A stretch of 32,000 nt of DNA, taken from positions 1,842 through 33,841 of the forward strand of contig JAWBON010000005.1 of assembly GCA_038826135.1 (NCBI GenBank), in the 5' to 3' direction. The stretch comes from Candidatus Odinarchaeota archaeon. Its GTDB lineage: Archaea > Asgardarchaeota > Odinarchaeia > Odinarchaeales > Odinarchaeaceae. The position numbers and the translations under genes were made by a program. The notes beneath the pieces were generated by a model. It ran no database searches and was not told the origin of the DNA. It saw only the letters and a program-made list of their open reading frames with translations. This document shows, piece by piece, positions 16,575 to 25,062 of the stretch; positions within the stretch are counted from its first letter, which is position 1; the number at the start of each line of letters is the position of its first letter.

Positions 16575-17870
16575 ATGAGCCTAAAGAAAGAATATTTATC
16601 AGTGGATGAGGTTAGAGCGGACATACCGTTAACTAAAAAATATATTTATTTTGATAACGCTGCAACAACACCTGTACCCCTCCCAGTGATTAAAAAAATG
16701 GAAGAGTATCTTATAGAATACTGCGTTAATATTGAGCGGGGAGCCTACTCAATAGCTAATCGCGTAACTGAGGAATGGGATCGCGCGAGAGAGGATGTTG
16801 CAAGAATACTGCTTAACTGCGATGCGAAGTATCTTATATTCACTCGCAATCTCACACAGGCTACGAACATCGTAGCATACGCCTTAGGGAACCCGCCTAT
16901 AACAGTTAAAAATAATAGTTTAACGGCTAAGAGACCTCTAATAGATTGGAGGAGCGGTGATGAAATAGTGACAACAATTGTTGAACACCACAGCAATATG
17001 CTACCCTGGATGCGGTTAGCCTACTATAAGAAGGCGAAGTTTAAAGTCATCAAGAACCTTCCTAAGACGGGTCTAATAACCTTGGAGGCTGTGCTAGATA
17101 ATATTTCCAGTAAAACAAAGTTTTTAGCATTTCAACACGCTTCTAATGTTTTCGGCACTGTTAACGATGTTAAATCAATAATTAAAGCTGTCAAAGACGT
17201 TAACCCTGAATGTTTAGTGTACGTAGACGGGTCTCAAGGACCCGGCCATATGCCAGTTGACGTGGAGGATATGGGATGTGACTTCTACGGTTTCTCAGGG
17301 CATAAAGGCCCTTTAGGCCCAGCTGGAACAGGCGGGTTATATGTTAGGAAGAATATAATCGAGGAGATTGAACCGATTGAAGTAGGCGGCGGGGTAATAG
17401 CGAATGTAACTGAGGATTACTATGAGCTTAGAAACGACTACCCGTCTAAAAAATTCGATGCTGGATCTCCTAATATTTTAGGATTAATAGGCTTAGGGGA
17501 GGCGGCTAGATATATTTCTAGAATAGGTTTAAAGAGAATTCACGAAGCTGAGAGAAAGTTAATATCTTATTTAATAAGCGGGCTGAGTAAAATTAACGGT
17601 GTCCAAATATACGGACCTGAGGAGCCTGAACTGAAAACAGGTGTATTAACATTTAACCTGAAAGGTTGGAGTTCACATGATTTATCACTGGCTTTAGATG
17701 AAAAATGGAGAATACTCACAAGAGCCGGACACCACTGCGCGCTGCCAGCTATAAGATGGCTGGGAATAAATGAATCCTATAGAGGGAATGTTAGAATATC
17801 ATTCCATTATTATAATACACTGGATGAAATTGATTTAGCTTTAAACGCTCTTAAACAACTTTCAACCTGA
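16575..17870 (+). CDS. Cysteine desulfurase, SufS/CsdA-like class V PLP enzyme
   Basis: YFDNAATT, EHHSNMLPW, DGSQ, the PLP-Lys motif FSGHKG and catalytic RAGHHCA. Confidence 0.92.
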   Translation: MSLKKEYLSVDEVRADIPLTKKYIYFDNAATTPVPLPVIKKMEEYLIEYCVNIERGAYSIANRVTEEWDRAREDVARILLNCDAKYLIFTRNLTQATNIVAYALGNPPITVKNNSLTAKRPLIDWRSGDEIVTTIVEHHSNMLPWMRLAYYKKAKFKVIKNLPKTGLITLEAVLDNISSKTKFLAFQHASNVFGTVNDVKSIIKAVKDVNPECLVYVDGSQGPGHMPVDVEDMGCDFYGFSGHKGPLGPAGTGGLYVRKNIIEEIEPIEVGGGVIANVTEDYYELRNDYPSKKFDAGSPNILGLIGLGEAARYISRIGLKRIHEAERKLISYLISGLSKINGVQIYGPEEPELKTGVLTFNLKGWSSHDLSLALDEKWRILTRAGHHCALPAIRWLGINESYRGNVRISFHYYNTLDEIDLALNALKQLST

Positions 17871-17881
17871 GCTGGTTGAAT

Positions 17882-19948
17882 TTACATTCTACTATTAAAA
17901 TAGTCGAGAAGTTCTTTACTCTCCTTTTCAGGTTCTACTTGACGAATATAAGTTACATTCAGCTCATTATCCTGCGAGAAATCGCTGAAAATCACTTTTC
18001 CACCGAAAACGTATGTTTTAGCTATGAGTGATTGAATACGAGTGTTAACCTCATCTTCTTTACCGGATTCGATCATACTGTGAATCTCTTCAGCGGGAAT
18101 TCCTAAAAGACCTTCAGCGGAGCCTCCAAGAAGGTTCGCTCTAATAGTACCTGTCCCGTCATCTAATGTGACGCTTAATATTACGCGATAGTTTATTTCA
18201 TTTATAGCCCCGCAGTTATCACAAAGCCCTCCTGTATCGGTTTTCACCGCTTTTTTAAAACACGCAGGGCAAGCGGGGTAAACTATGTTTTTCCCGAAAA
18301 CATACACTATTGTACCCACAACCTCAACTTTATCCTGGGGTTGTAAATCAGATATTTTCTTCCTTTGAAAGAGGGGTCTTCCAGTACTAGGCTGAACAAT
18401 GCTTGTGGCTGTTAATTCAACCCCAGCGGGGTTTACAGTGATTATTGAAGATTCGCTTAAATGTAATTCAATATTATTGTTAAGCCCTGTTTTCGTATAC
18501 CCTCCTTTAACAGATATTATATCACCGGTTTTCAAATCAGCTAAAAGCTCAGCAGATTTACCCCAGGCCACAACCCTTATACTTCCAGTTTCATCTGCAA
18601 TGAACATGCTTAAAACCTTACCAGACGAGCCGGTGGATCTTTCAAACTCTTTCAACTCGTATATTTGAGTTACTTTCCCTACTACAGCTATATTGAAGAG
18701 CTCCGTGTTAAGCTCTGATATTTTTCTAGGTTTACTCTCAGAGACAGCTGGTAAAGTTGTCTCAGGAGGGTTTAGTTCAATAAGTCCCTTAGACCCTACG
18801 TTCACACTAACCCCGAAGTCATCCACCCTTGTATAGGCATGGCTTATTTTTACTATATCACCGATCTTTAACTCCGAGATTTCATCCACTTTATCATCCC
18901 AGAAAGACACTCTAGCTGAGCCTGAATTATCGTTTATCATAATTGATTTAACCCGACCGGTCGAGCCGTCAGCTCTGTTGAATTCCTTCTCATCGTACAC
19001 GGCTGTAACCCGCCCTGTTATATCCACGTCAAAGTACCGGCCGGTGATATCCGCTATTTTAATAGGCTTAGACGGATAAATATCGGAGAAGTCTATTCCA
19101 AGATCAGGGTTAACTTCTATTTCAACACCAGCAGATGTGTGTAATTCAACCTCCCCATTCTTGTTTTCACGTGATGTAAGTTTTTTAACGTAAACAATCT
19201 GCCCTTCCTTTAAGCTTTCAAATAATGGAACACTATCACCCCATACCACGATTCTACAGGTTCCTCTAGTCCCCTGAATGATTAAACTCATAACTCTCCC
19301 TTCACTTCCATCAGCTCGTGTAAAAGTGGACTGGGGGAGAATTCGCATTACAACACCTGCAACATTTAAACTGGTTTTATCAGGTTCTAGGCTTGAGAAA
19401 TCAGTTATAATTGAAGGTGTAGAATACAAGCGTTCTAGACCGGTATCAGTCGGGTATAGTATCTCCGATCTGACGCCGATATTAAGTTCAGGTTTACCGT
19501 CCCTACCTTCTTTAACATAACCTCTTATAATTTTTATAACTTTACCGTTTCTTACAGCACCCTGCTTAATACTTGATGTTTTATCATCCCAGAAAACTAT
19601 ACGGATCTCGCCGGAGTTATCCATAATTCTACCGCTAGCAACCGCTCCCTTACGCCCACCTCCCCTATCAAACACTTTTACAGGGGTAAGATCTTTGATA
19701 ACACCGGTTATCGAAACACTGTTCATTCCAGGTATGAGATCGGAAATCCTTAATTTATGCTCGGATGGGCTTTGATCCTCGAATATATTTATCCCCAGTT
19801 CTTTAGCTATTATATAAGCCGCTCCCTCATCGGTTATTAAACCGCCTAGTTCACTCTTCTTTAATCTAATCTTATTCAGTATGTCCTCTTTAGACATCTT
19901 CACTTTCGCTCTAATCTTGTTTACAACCTCATCAACTGAGAGACTCAA
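17882..19948 (-). CDS. rpa: Replication protein A, large multi-OB-fold subunit
   Basis: Four internal OB repeats, most ending in D-x-S/T-G-x-x-R-x-x-x-W, plus a C-terminal Zn-finger OB fold (CPAC...CDNC, DDGTG). Confidence 0.93.
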   Translation of the reverse strand: MSLSVDEVVNKIRAKVKMSKEDILNKIRLKKSELGGLITDEGAAYIIAKELGINIFEDQSPSEHKLRISDLIPGMNSVSITGVIKDLTPVKVFDRGGGRKGAVASGRIMDNSGEIRIVFWDDKTSSIKQGAVRNGKVIKIIRGYVKEGRDGKPELNIGVRSEILYPTDTGLERLYSTPSIITDFSSLEPDKTSLNVAGVVMRILPQSTFTRADGSEGRVMSLIIQGTRGTCRIVVWGDSVPLFESLKEGQIVYVKKLTSRENKNGEVELHTSAGVEIEVNPDLGIDFSDIYPSKPIKIADITGRYFDVDITGRVTAVYDEKEFNRADGSTGRVKSIMINDNSGSARVSFWDDKVDEISELKIGDIVKISHAYTRVDDFGVSVNVGSKGLIELNPPETTLPAVSESKPRKISELNTELFNIAVVGKVTQIYELKEFERSTGSSGKVLSMFIADETGSIRVVAWGKSAELLADLKTGDIISVKGGYTKTGLNNNIELHLSESSIITVNPAGVELTATSIVQPSTGRPLFQRKKISDLQPQDKVEVVGTIVYVFGKNIVYPACPACFKKAVKTDTGGLCDNCGAINEINYRVILSVTLDDGTGTIRANLLGGSAEGLLGIPAEEIHSMIESGKEDEVNTRIQSLIAKTYVFGGKVIFSDFSQDNELNVTYIRQVEPEKESKELLDYFNSRM

Positions 19949-20017
19949 TTATCCAACCTCAAACCCATATAGTAGTGTATATTCGAATATTAAAAGACTT
20001 AAGGCTGCTACCCGTAA

Positions 20018-20446
20018 TCATATGTCAACTACGAATCTTAATATAACCTCTTTCTCAGACTGTTTGACCTCCATCTGAGCATATGTGGGGGCTTTAATCT
20101 CTGTTTTAAGCCTGTGTTTAGTAAAATCTATTTTTTCACCTTTTATAGACGCGGATAAACTATATTTATCTTTACCATCTTTGATTTTAACTTTAAATTC
20201 TCGGAAAAGACATTCTTCAGTGTCAACTAAAAATAGCAGTTCCCGTATATACTCAAATAAGAGAGCGTATAGATCCTCAGCCTCTATTTTAAAACGCCTA
20301 GTTAATTTAATGTCAACGTTTGAAACATCAGCCATTACATTGAACAATGCTAGACCAGCCTGTTCGAAAGCCTCATTCAAAGATGGAGCGTAAACCTCTA
20401 AATAAACATCTGCGGTATGAGGGAGTTCCCGGTAGCCTTTACTCAA
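20018..20446 (-). CDS. Archease (cofactor of the RtcB RNA ligase)
   Basis: HTADV, LNEAFEQAG, LLFEYIRELLFL, IKAPTY and a C-terminal VVDI. Confidence 0.93.
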   Translation of the reverse strand: MSKGYRELPHTADVYLEVYAPSLNEAFEQAGLALFNVMADVSNVDIKLTRRFKIEAEDLYALLFEYIRELLFLVDTEECLFREFKVKIKDGKDKYSLSASIKGEKIDFTKHRLKTEIKAPTYAQMEVKQSEKEVILRFVVDI

Positions 20447-20456
20447 GAACCTACAC

Positions 20457-20780
20457 CTATTCTACTTCACTACCAATTTCAATATCGGAAGCGGTTGTTA
20501 AAATAGAAACTTTATCCTTATTAACAGCTGCTAGAAGCATGCCATTGCTCTCAACACCGAAGATTTTAGCAGGCTTCATATTGGTTACAACAATGATGTT
20601 TTTACCAATCAACTCCTCAGGCCTATATATGTTAGCTAAACCAGCTACAAGTGTTCTAGGGGAAGATTCTCCAACATCCACGGAGAGCTTTAACAGTTTA
20701 TTCGAGCCTTTTATATTCTCAGCTGTTAAAACCTTCCCGACTTTTAATTTAATTTTCTGAAAATCTGAGTATGAGATAAT
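20457..20780 (-). CDS. tRNA-binding OB-fold protein (CsaA/Trbp111/MetRS C-terminal type), 107 aa, probable ATT start
   Basis: (M)ISYSDFQKIKLKVGKVLTAENIKGSNKLLKLSVDVG...RTLVAG...NMKPAKIFGVESNGMLLAA. The ORF-track GTG at 20681 would drop 33 conserved N-terminal residues. Confidence 0.85.
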   Translation of the reverse strand: MISYSDFQKIKLKVGKVLTAENIKGSNKLLKLSVDVGESSPRTLVAGLANIYRPEELIGKNIIVVTNMKPAKIFGVESNGMLLAAVNKDKVSILTTASDIEIGSEVE

Positions 20781-20956
20781 TTCAGATACCTCCTTTTAAC
20801 TGGTTGGTTAATAATCTAAGATAATAATTATATTATAACTATGTCGGATTTAAACGTTTTAACCGTTAAATTTTAAATGGCTTAAAAACGTTTAGAAAAA
20901 TATTTTATACCTCTAAAATACTTATATAAGGAAGAGGATGGAATAGAGGGATTTAA

Positions 20957-22174
20957 TTGAAATTCAAGTTTCTAACTCTTAAAGATGTGGCTTTAACCAA
21001 TAAAAGAGTTTTAGTAAGGGTTGATATCAACTCACCTATCGCTGATAACAATACTCTGCTTGAAACTAGTAGAATAAAAGCAATATTGCCGACACTGGAA
21101 ATGTTGAAGGATTCGAAAACAGTTTTACTAGCCCATCAAAGTCGACCGGGTAAAAAAGATTTCACAAGTTTAGCTCCTCATGCTGCTGTTCTTAAAAGCA
21201 TGATAGATAGACCTGTAAAATTTGTCGATGACATATTCGGAAGCACCGCTCAGAAAGCTATTAAAGAATTAAAGAACGGCGAGATTCTATTATTAGAAAA
21301 CGTTCGTTTTTACTCAGAGGAGGTTGCGGAGGATATACCGCCTGAAAAACAGGCGAAAACTATAATGGTTAGGGTATTAAGCCCGCTTTTCGACTTATTC
21401 GTTAACGACGCTTTCGCTGCAGCGCATAGAGCTCAACCTTCACTAATAGGTTTCACATATACTTTACCTTCAGTCGCTGGGAAGGTAATGGAGAAAGAGC
21501 TGACCGTGTTAAATAAGATATTCGACCCTGATAGACCTGCAGTTTTCATTATAGGCGGCGCTAAGATTGATACTAAACTTGAGATTCTTAAAAACATTCT
21601 GAAAAATGGAAAAGCAGATAAAATACTTTTAGGCGGACTTTTAATAAACCTCTTCCTAGAAGCTAAAGGCTACAAGATCGGAGAATTAAATAGGAAAACT
21701 ATTGACAAATTTGACCATTATCTGAAGGAGACTGAAAACATACTCAGAGAATACGAGGATAATATAGAGTTACCTACCGATGTGGCTATAGAGGAGGGGG
21801 GTAAAAGATACGAAGTCTCCTGCGATGAGCTGAATAGAGAGAATAAAATTCTAGATATAGGTTTAGATACAATCGTGAAATATTCGAATATAATAGTGAA
21901 CAGTAAAACAGTTGTAGCTAATGGTCCTCTGGGACTTTTTGAAAGAGAGGATTTTGCACTAGGTACTCGGGAGATATTAGACGCGATGACCCGCTGCAAA
22001 AATTTCACAGTTGTAGGCGGGGGTGAACTGGGAGGGTATGCTGAAATATTAGGGCTCAGCGGTAAAATAAGCCATTTAAGCACAGGGGGCGGCGCGACAT
22101 TAGCTTTACTGTCAGGTGAAGAGTTGCCTGTTATAAAAGCTCTTGAAGAGGCTGCGCGGAAATTCAAGCACTAG
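20957..22174 (+). CDS. pgk: Phosphoglycerate kinase
   Basis: RVDINSP, AHQSRPG, LLENVRF, NDAFAAAHR, GGAK and HLSTGGGA. Confidence 0.97.
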   Translation: MKFKFLTLKDVALTNKRVLVRVDINSPIADNNTLLETSRIKAILPTLEMLKDSKTVLLAHQSRPGKKDFTSLAPHAAVLKSMIDRPVKFVDDIFGSTAQKAIKELKNGEILLLENVRFYSEEVAEDIPPEKQAKTIMVRVLSPLFDLFVNDAFAAAHRAQPSLIGFTYTLPSVAGKVMEKELTVLNKIFDPDRPAVFIIGGAKIDTKLEILKNILKNGKADKILLGGLLINLFLEAKGYKIGELNRKTIDKFDHYLKETENILREYEDNIELPTDVAIEEGGKRYEVSCDELNRENKILDIGLDTIVKYSNIIVNSKTVVANGPLGLFEREDFALGTREILDAMTRCKNFTVVGGGELGGYAEILGLSGKISHLSTGGGATLALLSGEELPVIKALEEAARKFKH

Positions 22175-22268
22175 GCTGCGTAGAAAGGATAAAACTGGTA
22201 TTAAGTTTTTATATTTGAATTTTGCAAATTATCAAAGTGAATAGAACACATGCTCCAGTAAACTTAAC

Positions 22269-22395
22269 GGCTCGGTGGCTCAGCCCGGCTAGAGCAACGG
22301 ACTTGTAAGTTACTTGAAAACCGGGAGATCCGTCGGAAATAGTTGTCACCAGACCTATTGGCGAATCGGGGGTTCAAATCCCCCCCGAGCCTCCA
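22269..22395 (+). tRNA. tRNA-Thr(TGT) with two introns: 37/38 (22308-22327, 20 nt) and 46/47 (22337-22365, 29 nt); CCA encoded
   Basis: Acceptor stem GGCTCGG/CCGAGCC, U73, anticodon arm ACGGA-CTTGTAA-TCCGT after splicing. Central helices CUUG/CGGG and CGUC/GGCG, inner stems GUU/AAC and AAUAG/CUAUU. The mature product is 78 nt. Confidence 0.92.
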
Positions 22396-22405
22396 TAATA
22401 AAAAT

Positions 22406-22536
22406 GGGGCGGTAGTCTAGCTTGGTATGATTCTGGATTTGGGATCCAGAGTTCTATAGGAGAGCCCTATAAACTGGAGATCACCGGTTCAAAAGATTAG
22501 CTGCCAGCTAATCTGAAATTCCGGTCCGCCCCACCA
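22406..22536 (+). tRNA. tRNA-Pro(TGG) with two non-canonical introns: 45/46 (22452-22479, 28 nt) and 59/60 (22494-22519, 26 nt); CCA encoded
   Basis: Acceptor stem GGGGCGG/CCGCCCC and an intact anticodon arm CTGGA-TTTGGGA-TCCAG. Perfect central helices CCAG/CUGG and UUCA/UGAA, inner stems UAUAGG/CCUAUA and GAUUAGCU/AGCUAAUC. The mature product is 77 nt. It lies 10 nt downstream of tRNA-Thr. Confidence 0.93.
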
Positions 22537-22602
22537 AACATTTAAGTTAAATTCTAAAATCAACTCAATTAACTGGCTTTTATATTAGAAATAAATAGAT
22601 TT

Positions 22603-23100
22603 TCAGATGGTTTTTCTCGCCTCATAAGATCTTAGGAGTTTAATTAATTTGAGTATGTTTAACCGTTCAACTTTAAGCATGCGTGCAATACCCTCCCTGT
22701 TTGGAGCTATAATATACCTGTCAGCTACAATATCCTTAGCATAATAGATAAGAAATAACCCTAGCAATATGATGGGGAGAGTTGATAATATTATTAAATT
22801 ATAAATAGCAAGCACGCTTATTATAATAGTTAAAGATATTATCAGGGTCCTTAAAATTTTAAACTGCCATGTGAATTTTTTAAACGGCTTTGAAGATTTA
22901 ATTGTTTTAAGCAGTTTTTCAATAGTGTTTGATGTTGAATCCCAGACGCTCAGCCATAAATCCGATTTAGATAATAGAACCCTCATATTTTTGTCGAAAA
23001 TATCAAATCTTAGGAAGAGGGGTATTTTCAAATAGGCGAAGCGCTCCAAGACTGTAACAGCTTTATTAATGTAAGGTTGCCGGTTTAGTGAAGACTTCAC
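22603..23100 (-). CDS. Hypothetical membrane protein (about two TM segments)
   Basis: 165-aa ORF with a hydrophobic stretch ILRTLIISLTIIISVLAIYNLIILSTLPIILLGLFLIYY; no family recognised. Confidence 0.6.
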   Translation of the reverse strand: MKSSLNRQPYINKAVTVLERFAYLKIPLFLRFDIFDKNMRVLLSKSDLWLSVWDSTSNTIEKLLKTIKSSKPFKKFTWQFKILRTLIISLTIIISVLAIYNLIILSTLPIILLGLFLIYYAKDIVADRYIIAPNREGIARMLKVERLNILKLIKLLRSYEARKTI

Positions 23101-23196
23101 ACCCTATTAGATGAAAAAGAACGTTTTAAATATTTAGTTTTAAACAGTAAAATATTGATTAACGCTTTAAGAAATATACGGCGGAAAGTAGTGGTT

Positions 23197-24180
23197 ATGA
23201 TGGTTAATGAAAAAGAAATAGTCTGGGTGGAAAAATACCGACCGAGAACACTTGAAGAGATTATAAACCAGAGGGAGATTGTAAACCGTTTGAAAGCTTT
23301 TGTATCTAAAAAATCAATGCCCAACCTTATCTTCTCAGGACCGGCTGGAACAGGTAAAACCACATGCGCGTACGCTCTTGCAAGAGGATTATACGGTGAA
23401 GCGCTGCAGGGGAATATACTAGAACTTAACGCGAGCGATGAGCGGGGTATTGAAACTATTAGAACTAGGGTTAAAGACTTTGCTAGAAGTTCTGTTCTAG
23501 GAGATGTGCCGTTTAAACTCTTAATATTAGATGAAGCGGATAATATGACAGCTGACGCTCAGCAGGCTTTAAGAAGAACTATGGAAAGGTACAGCCGTAA
23601 TACTAGATTCATACTTGACTGTAATTACAGCAGTAAGATCATTGAACCAATCCAATCACGTTGCGCTATTTTCAGGTTTAAACCATTGTTAAAAGAGGAT
23701 CTTACAAGTTATCTGCAGATGATATGTGAAAAAGAGGGAGCGGAGATTACTCAGGATGGATTAGAGGCTATATACTATGTTTCGGAAGGTGATATGAGGA
23801 AAGCTATTAACGTACTTGAAGCCGCCGCCTCGATTAACACTAAAATAACCCCGGATGTAATATATCAGGTTACAGGTATGGCTAGACCTGAAGAGGTAAG
23901 AGATATGATAAACTTGGCCTTGAAGGGGAAGTTTTCAGAGAGCCGTTCAAAGCTCAGAGCTCTTTTAATAGATTACGGTCTTTCCGGAGATGAGATACTT
24001 AAACAGATCTTCAATGAAGTATTAAAGCTGCCTATCGAAGAGAAACTTAAGGTTCAATTAACTGAAAGTTTAGGGGCGACCGAGTATAGAATAAACCAGG
24101 GGGCTAGTGAGGATATACAGTTAACAGCTCTGTTAACAAAACTGGTTTATATAGGCAGTCAGATTAACATGTTAAAGTAA
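23197..24180 (+). CDS. rfcS: Replication factor C small subunit
   Basis: WVEKYRP, GPAGTGKT, LELNASDERG, DEAD, the SRC motif and GDMRKAIN. No intein. The start is probably ATG 23197 or 23200. Confidence 0.96.
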   Translation: MMVNEKEIVWVEKYRPRTLEEIINQREIVNRLKAFVSKKSMPNLIFSGPAGTGKTTCAYALARGLYGEALQGNILELNASDERGIETIRTRVKDFARSSVLGDVPFKLLILDEADNMTADAQQALRRTMERYSRNTRFILDCNYSSKIIEPIQSRCAIFRFKPLLKEDLTSYLQMICEKEGAEITQDGLEAIYYVSEGDMRKAINVLEAAASINTKITPDVIYQVTGMARPEEVRDMINLALKGKFSESRSKLRALLIDYGLSGDEILKQIFNEVLKLPIEEKLKVQLTESLGATEYRINQGASEDIQLTALLTKLVYIGSQINMLK

Positions 24181-24238
24181 CTGTCTTATTATATAACCCG
24201 GTAATCCCCGGGGTAAAGATATTTTGCATTCGAAAAAT

Positions 24239-25051
24239 CTATAATTTATTATTCAAGAACTCTAACATACCGTTGCTTAATCGCTGCTTCACACGGTGAA
24301 ATTTTTCAAGCCGGTCTATGTATTCTATTAATCTTTTTAAACTGTACCAGTCTATATCAAATTCGAAAGAATATTTTATATCATATAAAACTAAACCTTC
24401 AGCCGGAGCGGGTTTAAGCTTTGGATCGAAGATGTCAAACGGATCTAGTATCCTATCCACAATATCAGGCTCCATCAGACGTAGACCGATCGACTTTAAT
24501 AATGTAACTGTTTTTCTAACCATCTTCCATAAGAATGATTTAGCCTTAAACTCGTATATCACCATGTTATCAGCTAATTTCACATCGATTTTATCAATAA
24601 CACATAGGGTACACCTGGTTTTATCTGGTTTTGAAAGTTTTTTAAAATCATGCTCCCCTTCAATTTTTTTAACAACGCTTTTAATAAGCTTAAGATCCTC
24701 CCCCTGATAAGGCGAGTAGTACCTGTAAATCTTAAAAGATGCGTCCTGCCGTGGATTAAAATTTGCTGGAACCCCCGATTTAGCCCAGAAAAATAAGCCT
24801 TGGGGTAAAAGTGAATTAATTAACCGAATATTAGGAGGAGTTGACGTGTTAAATGCGAGAACTTGGCTTAACGCCGATACACCCGCATCAGTTCTACTAG
24901 CATAGGAGAAACCCGCGTCTCGGAGATTATTAATATAAGATGACTTTTTAAGCGCGGTTATAGCAGCATCCTCTATTGTAGGCACACCTGGCTGTCTTTG
25001 AAACCCATGGTATCCAGCACCATCGTAGAAGAGTTTTAAAGCGTATCTCAT
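24239..25051 (-). CDS. truA: tRNA pseudouridine(38-40) synthase
   Basis: YDGAGYHGFQRQP, catalytic ASRTDAGVSA, GEHDF, SFLWKMVRK and APAEGLVL. The start is placed at ATG 25051. Confidence 0.93.
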   Translation of the reverse strand: MRYALKLFYDGAGYHGFQRQPGVPTIEDAAITALKKSSYINNLRDAGFSYASRTDAGVSALSQVLAFNTSTPPNIRLINSLLPQGLFFWAKSGVPANFNPRQDASFKIYRYYSPYQGEDLKLIKSVVKKIEGEHDFKKLSKPDKTRCTLCVIDKIDVKLADNMVIYEFKAKSFLWKMVRKTVTLLKSIGLRLMEPDIVDRILDPFDIFDPKLKPAPAEGLVLYDIKYSFEFDIDWYSLKRLIEYIDRLEKFHRVKQRLSNGMLEFLNNKL

Positions 25052-25062
25052 GAGTTGACACG

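Noticed and set aside
16880-16960. Insertion in the cysteine desulfurase with local hairpins (GTTAAA/TTTAAC, CCTCTA/TGGAGG) as a possible in-frame intron
   Set aside because: No 4-bp central helix with flanking 3-nt bulges could be built, and the ORF is uninterrupted.
10900-22600. Integrated element or att sites at tRNA 3' ends
   Set aside because: No integrase, transposase or viral genes, and no duplicated tRNA 3' end was seen by eye. An exact-match search would be needed to exclude short att repeats.
23197-24180. Intein in RFC small subunit
   Set aside because: The P-loop region is contiguous and the length is that of an intein-free subunit.
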